DNA of 63,934 nt, counting the filler, from Atractiella rhizophila (lineage: Eukaryota): NCBI GenBank assembly GCA_021432655.1. It is 7 parts of 7 records of this genome, joined end to end, with 100 filler letters (N's around TTAATTAATTAA, not from the genome) between each part and the next. Parts side by side here need not be neighbours in the genome. Positions count along the whole stretch, not along the records: positions 13,077 to 26,023 come from MU271993.1; 6 more parts are not named here. One strand, written 5' to 3'. The position numbers were made by a program, and so were the translations under genes. Within the stretch, counting starts at the first letter, position 1. Each line of letters opens with the position of its first letter. Positions 13,305 to 26,123 of the stretch are shown one piece after another. The notes beneath the pieces are model-generated. The model was not told where the DNA came from, made no database searches, and was given only the letters and a program-made list of their open reading frames with translations.

Positions 13305-13588
13305 ACACCGTCGATCTCTCTTTAGAGGACAATCGATTGTCTCTGATTATGTCTGGAATCGTTCCCAATACTTGCCTCTGTTGTTCACCAGTCTGAAAAA
13401 AGGACATTTGTGAATTGTATCATATCCTGCACTGTCTGAGCAGCTCGTGGGCGGCGTTTTGTATGTGAGAAAGAGACGCTTTTGTTCATTACACTCCTTC
13501 CTCCCACCTAAATACTTTGTCGCTCTCCGAGCATCTACAACGCGAAGCAAAGAGTACGAAGAGTATAACGTTAATTCGACGCCTTCGA

Positions 13589-14726
13589 TTACTGGATGTG
13601 TCCTTTTCCTGGCTTCTCCGACGTGATACCTATCCCATATACCGTCAGACCGTCACGACAACGGAACAGAACGAGGGAAAGTTATGAGGAAGGGAGCAAG
13701 GGAAAGACGAACCGGTGAACGGATCAGCCTTCTGTCTGATCGATTTCTCGTTAGCCGCCTCCTGCCATTCCTTGGTCATCGTCTTAGGGGTATTCCCGAC
13801 TACACATCGCATCAGCATCCCATTTCAAAGAGTGCCGGGGAAGAAAGAAAGGGCAAGGAGGAGGGGAGGCACGAACTGGCTCGAAGTCCGAAAAAGACGA
13901 CTCCGGCGATGACGAGCACGGCTGTGACACCGAGGGTGACCTTCATGCTGTCTCCAGGCTTGGTGAGCGGTTCACGGGGTCCATGAGGTCCGAAAGCGAT
14001 GTAGTAGGCTACATTTCCAACCGTCACTCGTCAACCAAGTCCAGTCCAGGCTCTCCGTTGGATGGAGGAGGGAGAAATAGGAGGGAGACGAACCGGCCTT
14101 CTTCTCGTCGAGAGAGAGAGTCTTCCAGTCTGATTTTTGGACTTCTTCCAGGTGCCGGAAGATCTTTTCTTGGTCTTGGGGTGCGAGGGTCTTCCATGCT
14201 GTCTCGATCTATGGGCGTTACCAAATAAGAAAACAAAGCAGTAAGTTTCACATTAAGCATTGAAACAAAGTAGCGTGTCCAGAAGAGATATTGAGACGAA
14301 GGTATTGGAGGAAATGCTGTCCACCCGTAGCTGGCTGGGGTAAGGTGATGCGCCAACTTAGCGTGACACATAGTCCCCTAGGAGTAACACATCCTTCTCG
14401 AGAGCAAAGAGCATATCAGCGGTCCAAGGAAGAGGTTGTGAACTCTTCATAACTAGAACCGCGCTCTCATTTCGTCGGTGACGGTGACAACATCCGACGT
14501 CTCCGTCTCTCCGTCTCTCCTCCTCCGACTCTCCCTCCTCGCCAGTCGGCATCCCCGCCAACAGAACAACGGCCACAAAGTGATAAGAACATACATTGCT
14601 CAGCTTGATATCGCCCAAGGCCGACGGAGAGCCAGCAGCTGCTGGGGCAGCGGTAGCATACGACCTGAGTCCGTTGGCAGCCGGGCGCAGGAGTGGCAGG
14701 GGGCGGGTGAGTGCGCGGGACAGCAT
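13589..14726 (-). CDS. COX5: Cytochrome c oxidase subunit V (COX4 family; yeast Cox5)
   Basis: Mitochondrial presequence MLSRALTRPLPLLRP; spliced LSN|IETAWKTL..QKSDWKTLSLDEKKA|YYIAFGPHGPRE, TM helix, PKTMTKEWQEA, DPFTGITSE..HIQ*. Confidence 0.92.
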
Positions 14727-16460
14727 ACTGTGGGGAGAGTGCTGAGGAGGTGACCAGTGGGAGAGTGTGGATTTGTTGAGAAGAAGAAATCGAGCGAGCG
14801 GAAGGTAGTCGGATGAAGTCGGCAAGCATACTAGTTGTACGTACTGCTCATGGCTTCAGCCAACCACAGACGGCAGTGGAAGACATGAACCACGAGTCGA
14901 CGAGGCCTGAGAACTTATTAGAATGCAAGATTGCCAATGGGATGCATGGGAGGCTAGCGACAAGGTACGCTGCTTTGAAGTTTTGAGGTGTGGTTTTCTC
15001 CCATGGCTCGTACCCAATGTAATTCATCTGTTTTCTCTGTTACAAACGCCAAAGCGAGATTTATTTAACCGTTTGTGAGTTTTCTGCCATCCTTGTTCAG
15101 CTATGAGCAGCTGCCAGGGACTCATGCACTTCAAATATATGACTTAGTCCAATTTCGGAACACTTTTCTGACAACTCTTTGTGCAGACCTTTTAGGGGTC
15201 ATTCCTCACTGGTCACTACTGAGACCACATACATGACCATATAAGATTGTAGGTGCTCAAGACTCGATCAGTTACAAACCCCTTGATGTGAAATGCGTGA
15301 GAAATGTTCGTCACAGCAAGGACGTAATACTATATTTACTCAAGGTTTCTGGTATGACCCTCGAGCCTCGTTTTACATGCGCACCTATGTTCCGGCGGCC
15401 TGCTCCTCAGTGGCTTTGTTATCAAAGCTCCTTCTTTCTTTCTTGGTCCGCGATGACCTTCTCAGTGGAAGCACTTGAATATGTTTCATATTGACTATGG
15501 CCAAGATTTCAGGGACGAAAAGTAGACACTCATGCAAACAGTGCTGTATCTGAGCACAATTTGTTCACCTGACGACAATCAAAGATTGAGGGTTCGTCCG
15601 CAGTAAGTAGTCTATCGTCACTGAGAGCAACGTGCATTATTAGCTTTTTCTGCGCTTTCTCAACGAGCAGCGTCAGATTCCCCTCTAATTGTGCTACTGC
15701 TGCCCCGACTGCCTGTGGGCTCGAGATATACCATTTCCTCCAAACCAATATCTCTAGCGGTACACAAATTTAACTCGCCCATCACGAAGAAATGTACTGC
15801 AATGGGAAGCTTGAGAAAGGAGAGCACCAGAGTGCGGTATGGTCTACGGTGGAAGACTTTGCCGCGCAACTGACTCCCTCGGAATCGACAAATCTGATTC
15901 TCGCCGCGCGCTTGTCTGCACCACCCTCTTTCCGATTATTTCTCACAGCTGAGATCCAAATCTAGTCAGCAACAGTGCAAGTATCTTTTGTGAGAATCGA
16001 CGCACGGGGCACAATGACAATGGAGATAGAGTGGAACGTTTCCAGAATCACACTCACACGGCGGCGTTGAACACTGCGACGGCGCGGAGGATGTGGAGTG
16101 AGCGGGAACAATCCGTTGACAACACTCTACCCGTCCTTCCCGAGGAGTTCGCAGCAGAACCGCGCTTGGCGCTTGGGTTATCAGCCCTCATTCCGACGTC
16201 GAGCGTAGGAGTTACGAACCGCGCGTCACACGCACGCTTTGTCGTCCTCCCTTTGGGAACCATTCTTTGACATCCGACAACTGTACCATCCTTGGTGGTG
16301 CAACGATGAGTTCTTTCAGCCAGGAAGTGATTGTGCGTTGTGGCATCGGATCGGTTGCCCCAGCCCGAAGGATATAAAGCTGGCTCTCTCCCTTGCTTGT
16401 AGTCAGTACAATCATCTTTCGTCAACGACTTCATATCCCTCTTGGAAGAGATCCACCAAA

Positions 16461-17962
16461 ATGTCCACTCATAAGGCAGCTATCATTGAAGGTCCCGGCC
16501 AACAATACAAGATCTCTCAAGTTCCCACGAGAGAGCCCAAAGCTGACGAAATCAGAATCAAAGTCAGCTCCTGCGGGTATGATTTCTTTATTTCATCGTG
16601 GTATAGACGACAACGATCCTAACATCCCCTTTAGAGTCTGTTATTCCGATGGTGCCACCGTGTACGGGAAGTGGCCAGGCGTTTCTTATCCCCGAATCCC
16701 TGGTGCGTCTCTTTCCGTCAGAGCAAGACGAGATTGTTCACAAGCCGTTACAGGCCATGAGATTGTTGGTCGCGTAGATAAGTTGGGGGCGAATGTTGAT
16801 GCGACGCGCTTTCCCGTTGGATCACGGGTTGGGGCAGGATTTTTTGGTCTGGTTCTCCCTACATTAGCTTGTGAGCACAGCATTGAAGGGGTGACACAGG
16901 CGGAAACTGTTTCAAATGCGACGAATGTTTGAAAGGCGACCTGGCTGGTTGTAGTAAGATGGGTCTTGGAAATGCTGTGGGCGCCGTCATCGATGGAGGC
17001 TTCCAGGAATATGTCTCCTTGCCTTCGTCAGGTACGCAGTAACATGTTTTCTCGCTCTGAGTGTTCTGACCTGTGTGCCAGCTGTCGTCAGGATCCCAGA
17101 AGGAGGAGAAAGTGATGCTGAGATTTCACCGCTCCTCTGTGCGGGTATGCACCTCATCCTTTTAGCAAGAGCGTTCCCTGGCTGATTCTGCAACCGTCAA
17201 TAGGAGTGACTGTGTACGACGCTATCAAAAATGCAGATTACAAGTCCGGAGATCTCGCTCTTGTCCAAGGCATTGGTGGTCTAGGCCATCTCGCCATCCA
17301 GTTCGCAGCAAAACTTGGGATGCGAGTTGTCGCCGTTTCAGGAACATCTGATAAGAAGGATTTGGCGTTACAACTTGGTGCTCATGACCTTTGGACCAGT
17401 GCAGAAGCGGTTGAGAAGGCGCAACAGTTCGGTGGAGCTAAGCTGATCATCACCACTGTCACGGCGTCGAAAGCCATGTCCGAGGTCAGCCGTTTTTATC
17501 GTCTTCGTTCCACCTTTTAACAAGTAGTGTAGATTATCCCTGCTGTCGCGAGATATGGCACGGTTCTTCTAGTCGGCGTGCCAACCGATGGTGGACTCGA
17601 AGCTTCACCAGTGGTTCTTACGACGCGCCGAGCTCAAATCAAGGGGTGGTTCTGTGGCGAGCCCAACAGGTATATACTTTCTTGAACTGTCTTTGTTATT
17701 CCTGTTGACCCGTGACGATTTACAGCATCGAAGAAACAGTTAAATTCGCACTTCTCAAGGATGTGAAAGCCCTCATCAAGGTATGTTAAATAGCTTATGA
17801 CCTAGCATAACGCTTTGACTCTATTACTAGACGTTTCCTCTCGATAATATTCAGGAAGCTTGGGATGACGTTTTAACTGGCAAACCGAAGTTTAGGTTCG
17901 TCTTATTTGATCTCGTGAAGGGCTGTTACTGAAGTTATCCCAGGAACGTGATCGTCTTTTGA
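16461..17962 (+). CDS. Zinc-dependent alcohol dehydrogenase (MDR family), many short introns
   Basis: CG|VCYSD, GHEIVG, structural-Zn cysteines CFKCDEC..C, PLLCAG, QGIGGLGHLAIQFA; TATAAA at ~16373. Confidence 0.9.
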
Positions 17963-18078
17963 CAGCAAAGGGTTGGAGCTATTGGTCACAATGACGAGGA
18001 TATGTAAATCCTGCAAAAATTTCGCTTTCAAATGCAGATTATAGTTACGTGTCAACCTGTTAACAATCGCAAAATTGA

Positions 18079-19812
18079 TCAGAGAGGCTGGATATACAGG
18101 CCATTCTTGTTGAACTTTCCCTGAGGATCGTATTTCGTCTTCAGCTGTCGGAGCTTTGCATAATTTCCTCTAAATATCTGCTCAATATACAGGTCAAGGT
18201 CCTGAAGTATGGCATAACCGAAACGCACGGTTTCAGGCTGCAAAAAGTCAGCCGGAGCACTGGGGAAGCAATCACTCTCTGCCTTGTTCGCTCCTACGAT
18301 TTCTCTTCCGCTTTGGATCAGTCTCGTTGCCTCCTCCTTTATTCTGTTGAACGTTTCTGCGTCGTCCTGTGCAGCGAAACCTACAGCCAACTGGACGACA
18401 GTGATACGCTCAGAACGCGGCCATGCCGTTAAGTCGCTCGATGCAGTGGCCTCGGAGGCATAGTTAAATACCAGTAAGGAGCAAAGAGTTCACCCACAGC
18501 GTGATCAATTTCAAGGACGAACAACGTGCAAGGCACTTGAAAATCAGGCTGTTTCGTGGCTCTCAGATACCAGTCCCAGCCTCTGAGAATAGTCTGTTCG
18601 TCCACCTTAGTCGTGAGAGGAGCGTACAGAACTGTGTTCATTGTTCCGTACAGCTGCGACAGACTCTCTTCCCAAAAGATCGATAATGTTACAAGTAAGT
18701 GCAAGGTTAGAATGTAATTGAATATCGGCGCACCATATCCTGCAATGATTTCACAGAACGTCTTCATACCAGTGCCATCACTGAGCCTCCCTTCCAGCTC
18801 CCAGATCCATCCAAGACCCGTAATATTATCGCTTTTCGCATTGTGCTCTCCCACAGGATCAAAAATTTGTACAGCGAATGAAGGTCTTGAAGCGTCGATA
18901 CAAACGGCCAGAACGTAGAAGGTCGTGCCTCTAGATAAACTTGAGTTTTCCTTTAGCCATTTATCGGCCCTTTTCGCAAAGGCAGGAAGAGCAGAACCAT
19001 CGAAGAAAATGCTACCACCATATATTTTTCGAGGGTATGGATGTGCACGCAGGAGATAAGACTTGACAACTATTTCGCCAGTATCAATTAAAGGTGCAAA
19101 GTGCAGTGGGAAATGAACTAACCACCAAAATTTCCGTGACCCCCTCTTAAGGCCCAGAGCAGGTTGCCATTTTCCTCTTCGCTGGCCCAAACCTCTCGAC
19201 CGTCTTGGAGTATCACACGAGCATCCAAAAAGTTCCCAGGATCACTTCCCCATCCATACTGAGGGCTAAGCCAACTCGATCCACCTTGTTGACACTTATT
19301 CTTAGTTGATCATTGTATCATGAAAGCGCACCAGCAATTATGCTGCCTCCTACTCCAACAATTGGTACGCGAGGCCCGACAACCACATAATCAGGGGCAA
19401 ACTTCTCCATTTTCTGGTACACACTGTTGCCAACTTATTGTAAATATGACGGCTAGCCGATAGAGCAAAATTCGACACACGTTCTCCAATTCTGGCCCGC
19501 CTCCACCAGAACCGTCTTTTCTTTTTCATCCCACTCAAACCCGTCAAAAGCCTTCATGCTTAAGACTATGTCCGCATTCTGCGATCCTGCGATTCCGCCT
19601 GAACGCACGCTGAAGGAGAAAGGTGAGTCGTAAAGCAATTTTATTGCTGTCGACAATTCAACTTCGTCTTTGGGCACTAGGACAAGTTTGGATTGAACTG
19701 TACTCTGATCCAAGGACCACTGGGTGGTATAAGAAGCGAATTCCGGAGAGTTGGGAAGCAAAATAGAGGCTGGCTGCAGATGTTGCTTGATCAAGCTGAT
19801 GAAGTGGTCCAT
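18079..19812 (-). CDS. FAD-linked oxidoreductase (FAD_binding_4 + berberine-bridge-like C-terminus)
   Basis: LVLVPKDEVELS, FSVRSGG, VLVEAGQNW, WALRG(GHG)NF, C-terminal NYAKLRQLKTKYDPQGKF. Confidence 0.85.
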
Positions 19813-21717
19813 GGTGGGGTGATGTTACCTTAATCAATCACTGTGAAGTTCATGCTCTTATATCTGCTGTATAACCACGGCCATCTCGCTGTATTCAGAG
19901 GTATCTGTGGATAGGATTACGTGGAGCTGCCGATACGCTCGGGGAGGACGGTGTCGACGGACAGTGATTAATATCATTATGCCCATGTCAGGTTTCAAGT
20001 TGAGGTCGCCGGCCTCAGGATATCTCACATGCGGACTAAATGCATATGCAAAGAAGAGACTTAGGGACGTTCAACGTTCAACGTTCAACTTCAAGCTGTA
20101 GAGTACAATGCGAGCAAGCGATCCAAAGCGATCAAGCATTCCTGCAGCGCCACTCTATTGTGCCTGAACAACTGCAGGTTTCCTCCGTCCTCTCCAGGTA
20201 ATGATGCCAGCCGTGACCCGGTCTCTTGCAACGCCGAATCTATACACGTTTATTGTTGTGGCAGTCCTACTGTGTTCAATCTGGTGTTGGAAGTACTTTC
20301 ATGCGTTAGCTTTAGTACAGTCGTCAGTAATCATTACGATACGAACTTGAATAGACTCATATGATGATGATATGACTCAGTACCTCAAGTTCTGTGGATG
20401 CTATCGACTATTATGGAATGCCAATACGAGCAGCTTCGAGCTTCAAGTTGCAGCCAAGTGAAGCTTTCACCTCATCTTTTTATATTTCGTGACTATTTGG
20501 TGAAGGCCTTCCACGGACGTGATCACCTTTTGAGGGACACAAAGATATCGTCATTGTCTTGCTCGAAATGTTACACTGAAGTGGAGCAGACTGGTTGCTC
20601 TCGCAATGGTGTAGCAGGCCGTCAGCTTCTGATTCAAAACTTGAGCGCACTGTTACTCACAACTTTGGCATTTGCTCTCCAGGCTCTCCTGCCATGCAAC
20701 CAGTGACTCCTCATCGGCTCGTAGCTTGCGCTCCACTTACCCTTTCTGCGTTTCAAAGAAGACTCGTTGTGATGATCTCAGAGGGACTACCAGAAGTGAT
20801 GAGTGAAGGTTTTGAAAGAAATGACCAGGTACCACAATGGATTCGATCAAATGTAGCCAGTCTTCACGCTACACTGCAAGCGTAGCAACAAACGCAGGGA
20901 GAGGAGGCAGATTCTGAGATCGATAACCGTACCTGTGTTAATGGGAGAGACTTGAATGGACAACGCATTAGAGTGCGATGGGAGCAGGCTATGAACGTGT
21001 TAATTTTGCACCACTGTAGCTAGCTTCGGACTAGAGATTCTTAGCCAAACGGGGAGGGCAATGTTATCGCAGGAAATAGGCCTTCGCATTGTTCAGCCAC
21101 AGGTTATCATGCAACAATCACTAAATTATCGAGTCATTAGCAGACCTTGACAAAGGTTAAAATTACTTGATCTCACGGACTCAAATAATTTGAAATAGGT
21201 TAGAGCTCGCAAACGGAATTTACGGCTAATAAAAGGATGGCATTATTGGTTTGAAGTTTTGAAATGAGAAAAATATTTTTATTCCATATAATATCTGCAC
21301 CACAATGCACTCTTTTTGGCCATGGAAGCACGGATTGGAAATAATCACATTCTATCAACATTTCCTTATTCGGATTGAATGTGCTATGCGAAAGGTAATT
21401 TCCATCCATTTCTTGTGAGCCTTTTACACGCATAAAGGTTAGATGACGAACCTGAAACAGACCTAAACAAGCCCAAACCAGCAGATCGTTTGTGCTGTTC
21501 GTTTCTAATTATTATTCATCACATTTATTCATGCTTGCGACCCTTTCATTGGGCGAGAAAAAGCAGGCAGATTCGATCAATCGTACAGCCTGCGTTAAGC
21601 TTTATAAGTGGCGGTCGTCGATGCAGACGGACAGTAGAACCCATTTTTGGGACTGAACCTGAATCTTCGGACTTCTTCCCCCGTTCCTCTTCCTCTAATC
21701 TCGAGGATCTATTGAAC

Positions 21718-23010
21718 ATGTCTGATCTCGACCCGTTCTTTAACCCTTACAGAATCCTTGGAATCGACTCCAACGCAACCGCAAAGGATATCAAATGCGC
21801 ACGCGTCTGTCTCTCATCTTCTCTTTTGACTTTGCTTTTACCATTCCCGGATGGCAGGCAAGGGAGACACACATCAAGAAGAATCCAGAGAGGCCGACCT
21901 GGGCCGCGGAGGAGTTCACGAAGGTGGCGCAGGCGTACGCCATCCTCACCGATGGTGAGCCGTCTGTTGCTTTCTCCTCTTTATGGGCCGAGAATGAATT
22001 TTGGCTGGACAGCGAAGAAGAAGCGGGAGTGGGAGTGCGCGTATAACTCGTATGAGGCCCAAAAGGAGTCGGAAAATGGTGGACACAGGACCTCGAGGAG
22101 AAACGATGATGACGCATACCGTCCTACTGAGCGATCACCTCCTCACCCCTCTTCCTCATTTCGTCATGTTCCCCAACCCTCCCACTCTCAATCCCAAAAT
22201 CAACATCCGAAGCCAACCGCCAATTGTCGTCCGCATCCATTTCCTTCCCACGACTCCACACAGAAGCCCGCACCTAAACTTCACCATGAATACGCGAGCC
22301 CAGCGCACCTTGGAAGGCGGAATGACGATCCGGCTAGCATGGGTTCGCGCTCGCATTCCTATGATAACTATGCGCCACCGTCAGTAGATGCTTTCGATAT
22401 GTACGACCGGATCGTGCTGGAAGGAATCGGCGTATGCGATTCCCATGGGAATGTATTGGATCCTCTGAAGATCATCCTGGACCATCTAATACTGCGCCAG
22501 GGAGTCGGGATGGACAGAGATCGAGGCGGTGGACAAAGTGCTCCAGCAGGGACCTTCATGGACGCTAGCTCTTCTGCTAGGGACACGGAGACAGATAACA
22601 CCATGCAAGAATGGGTAGTTAGAAGGAAGACTCGGTATGTTCGCCACGAACAACGGGCTGACGGCTCAAAGCTGCATGAGGAGGTCGTCTTCGAAGACGA
22701 GCCTGTACGAGCAACGTTTGGCGGGGAAGCGAAACAAGAAGTCGATACAGAAAGGGTTGTAGGAGGTGCTGGTAGGTGGGGGCCGGACGATAGGGAGAAT
22801 GGAAACGATGCGGCCTGGGAGAAGGGGAAGGGGAGAGGTGGGATGAGCACGATGGAGGAGGCGATGGGTAATCTCTCCGCCAATTCCCCTTCCGGCTTGA
22901 GGGGTCAGCCTGCAATGAAGAGCCCAAGAAACGAGGGAGCTAGAGGGGTTGGGACCGCGGGTAAGGATAGCACGAGAAGGAACCATGTTGACGAACCCGA
23001 TGAGCAGGGT
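21718..23010 (+). CDS. DnaJ-like (degenerate J-domain) protein interrupted by a copia LTR
   Basis: FNPYRILGIDSNATAKDIK|ARETHIKKNPERPTWAAEEFTKVAQAYAILTD|KKKREWE; the frame has no stop before the LTR at 23011. Confidence 0.65.
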
Positions 23011-23156
23011 TGTTGGAAATGGGTTATGAAAACAACGGGACATGATCGGTGTTTGCCATGTTTGCCGCGCGTTCCGAAGCAGAGGCAAACATGTGGCACT
23101 TCACCGCAAGACCGGTACTATAAAGGAACACCTGCGAAGTCTCTTCCGTTTTCCCC

Positions 23157-23373
23157 AATCACTTTATCATCTATTTCATCGTGCTCACGTTTGTGTGATT
23201 GGGGACATTTTAGGTATGTTTGTATGCATTGCAATCAATCACTTTATCATCTATTTCATCGTGCTCACGTTTGTGTGATTGGGGACATTTTAGGTATGTT
23301 TGTATGCATTGCAATAAATCACTTTATCATCTATTTCATCGTGCTCACGTTTGTGTGATTGGGGACATTTTAG
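23157..23373 (+). repeat. 80-bp tandem repeat x2.7 within the LTR
   Basis: ACTTTATCATCTATTTCATCGTGCTCACG recurs at 23161, 23241 and 23321; units differ only by AATCAA vs AATAAA. Confidence 0.97.
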
Positions 23374-23441
23374 CCCAAGCCAAAATTTCATTTGGTAGCG
23401 AGAGAGCTCGATTACGGTCCGCGAGTAACATCACATCAAAG

Positions 23442-26023
23442 ATGGCTACGGAAGGAAGTACCACGCCAACAGGAGTTACCTCAGGGAGGAGAGATCCATT
23501 CGGGACAGGAGCCTCGACCCCAGGAACAGAGGAGGCACCATTATTCACGACCTCGACTGTCCCATACTCCGTTTCATCTTCCGCGAAAATTGCGTCCGAA
23601 ATAAACCTCCCAACGGGATCAGTGCAGACCATTGTTGCAAATGAGAAGATCCCTCCTCTCACTCTCCAAAATTCGACCAGATTCTTCCGCTCTCTGAAGT
23701 CCATCCTCGACGCGAACAACGTGGGGATTCTGCTGGATGGCATCGTGACGGAACCAGTCAGCCCTATGTCTGAGGAAGGGCTGACGGTGACGCAGATGCA
23801 AGAGATGATGTCCAAGGGTCAAACTCCGAAGATAAAGAGTCCAACAGATGAGGAGAATACGGCGTTCATCAAGGCTTTGTCGAACTGGAGACGCATGGCG
23901 GCAGTTGCGATGATGGTCTTGAAACAATCTGTGGGAGACACGGCGAGGGTGTTCATCGAAGACCAGGTGGATCCGGTGAAGGCCATAAAGATTCTGAAGG
24001 ACAAATACGAGACCAAGGAATTCGCTAACACGGCACACCTGTTGCGACAATTCACGAACTTCACCCACGAGTCGAGTAATCTTAGCCTTATCGAATGGAT
24101 CGCAAAATTGCACGAGCGAAGAAGAATATTCAACGAGTCCCAGGACGAACTGACGATCAGCGATACCCTCCTTTCGTATACCCTCGTCAATGGATTGCGA
24201 GAAGAAACCAGAAGGTGGTTGTCCTCAACAGGAGTCAACCAAGCGGATCTCGCATCTGTTGTGAACCGGCTGACGGCAGAAGAAATGGCTTTGAGGAATA
24301 GGGAGGAGGATAGATCAGGAGGCAAAGACGTCGCACTCGTCGCCAGGATTTCACCCCAGCAGACCGCGTCCTCGAACAACGCGGGAAAGAAGAGGGACGG
24401 CAATGATGGCCGTTCACAACGTCCATTGATCAACAGGATTGCGCCCAATGCCAGGACGATCAAAAATTGGGGAAATTGGCCTCATGGGACGACTGAAAGG
24501 GGACAATTTCGATTGGGAGCGCGGCAATGTTACCACTGCGGGAAGGACGGCCATTTTGGACGGAACTGCAACCTCAATAGGAAGCAACAGGCTGCCTCCC
24601 TCCTTGCTGTTTTTAAACAGTACGACATCGAGATTCCACGAAACGAACTCCATGTCCTCATCGCTACAGTTGCAGATGATCAACATGCAAACCCGATACG
24701 CGCAACGGACAACAATCCTGCGACGGGGAAACCGTATAACGAGCAGTTGGATGTGGTCTCAGACTATGACCAATCAGTGGGAGTTTATATGGCGGAAGTC
24801 GAGGATGATGATGGGCTGGAAGTGGTCGACTTCGGAGCCTACTTTACATCCTTCGACCTTGACACTTTGAGTCCCTCAGAGATCGAGAATTTCGACCCCG
24901 AATGCGAAGGATTCGCGTTGATGGCCGGAATAAGTGACGGAGAACAGGTCGAAGGTACGATGCGACCCTTCCACCTGGACAGCGCCGCCTCAATTCACCT
25001 CACTGTATGCCCATGGCTATTGCACGATTTCAAGGAGCTCGATAAACCAATTGGCATCAAGGGTGCTTGGGGTTCCAAGGGTTTCGCCACAGCGATCGGT
25101 AACCTCAAAGCTGCGTTCACACTCGACGACGGGACAACGAGCGTTGGGGTGATAAGAAACGTCTACTACGCACCGGGGTTAGGCGTGAATCTCATTTCAT
25201 CAAAGATCTTGATGGAAGCTGGAGTGCAGTTCAAGAATGACACAAAAAGGGTCTACTTGCATGGAAAGGATGGGAAGATGTTCGGAACGGCTTCTATCGG
25301 TCGAACGCTCATCACATTGCAGGCGAGTTACCTTCCTGCTCCAATGCCCCCAGACCAAAATCCTCACGCCGCATTCGTCGCAGTGCCTATTCGTGTCTGG
25401 CACCAGCGGTTAGGTCATCCAAGCAACGAACGGCTCCGCTTGGCCATCAAGCATGAAATCTTGTCAAAGTCTCAAATAAAGGGTACCTGCAATGCAACGC
25501 ACTTAAATCAGTGTATGACTTGTGCGAGAGGGAAGGCAACGTACACGAAAAGTAAAGGTCCTGCAAACCTAAGGGAGCAAACTCCGGGAAAAACGCTAGG
25601 ATTCGATACGTGGGGGCCGGCTACATTGTCAAGCATTCAGGGGTTTCGATACGTCTTTGGTGCAGTCGACGAAGCATCAAGGTATATGATAGTTGGAGGA
25701 ATGAAGCTGAAGTCTGAGGCACCACGATTGCTGGAAGGAATACGAGCAGCCATAAAACGAGACCTGGATGTGAGCTTAAGGAAGATACGGCACGATCAGG
25801 CGACAGAGTTCATGTCATACGCGATGAAAGATTGGTGCGATAAGCATAACATTGCATCTATGAAGACCATGGCTTACGCACACGACCAAGGAGGACTGTG
25901 GGAACGTCAGTGGTATACCCTCTTCAATATCGTTCGATGTCTTCTCCTCGAATCGGGACTACCATTATATCTATGGTATGAAGCATTGAGAGTCGCCGTG
26001 TACATGAAAAACATCATGCCTAC
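23442..26023 (+). CDS. Copia Gag-Pol polyprotein (uninterrupted up to the gap)
   Basis: UBN2-type gag, zinc knuckle CYHCGKDGHFGRNC, protease LDSAASIH, WHQRLGHP, integrase DTWGP/RHDQATEF/GLWER. Confidence 0.93.
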
Positions 26024-26123
26024 NNNNNNNNNNNNNNNNNNNNNNNNNNNNNNNNNNNNNNNNNNNNTTAATTAATTAANNNNNNNNNNNNNNNNNNNNN
26101 NNNNNNNNNNNNNNNNNNNNNNN
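26024..26123. other. Artificial contig linker
   Basis: N..TTAATTAATTAA..N, 100 nt. Confidence 0.97.

Larger units (their letters stand above)
23011..26023 (+). mobile_element. Ty1/copia LTR retrotransposon, 5' part (LTR 23011-23390, PBS 23393-23404, gag-pol)
   Basis: TG..CA-bounded LTR with TATAAA and AATAAA; TGGTAGCGAG PBS 2 nt after the LTR (initiator-Met tRNA type, cf. Ty1 TGGTAGCGCC); domain order gag-PR-IN. Confidence 0.93.

Noticed and set aside
14209..14594. TPP riboswitch in the long COX5 intron
   Set aside because: Conserved CUGAGA and CUGAU..UAAU core elements not found in the right arrangement, and the gene is not thiamine-related.
16461..19812. Secondary-metabolite cluster (ADH + FAD oxidase)
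   Set aside because: Only two redox genes; no backbone synthase, transporter or regulator nearby.
21490..23358. 622-aa ORF as one native protein
   Set aside because: It reads through introns of the J-domain gene and then into the copia LTR.
23157..23373. CRISPR-like array
   Set aside because: Contiguous near-identical units with no unique spacers, inside a eukaryotic LTR.
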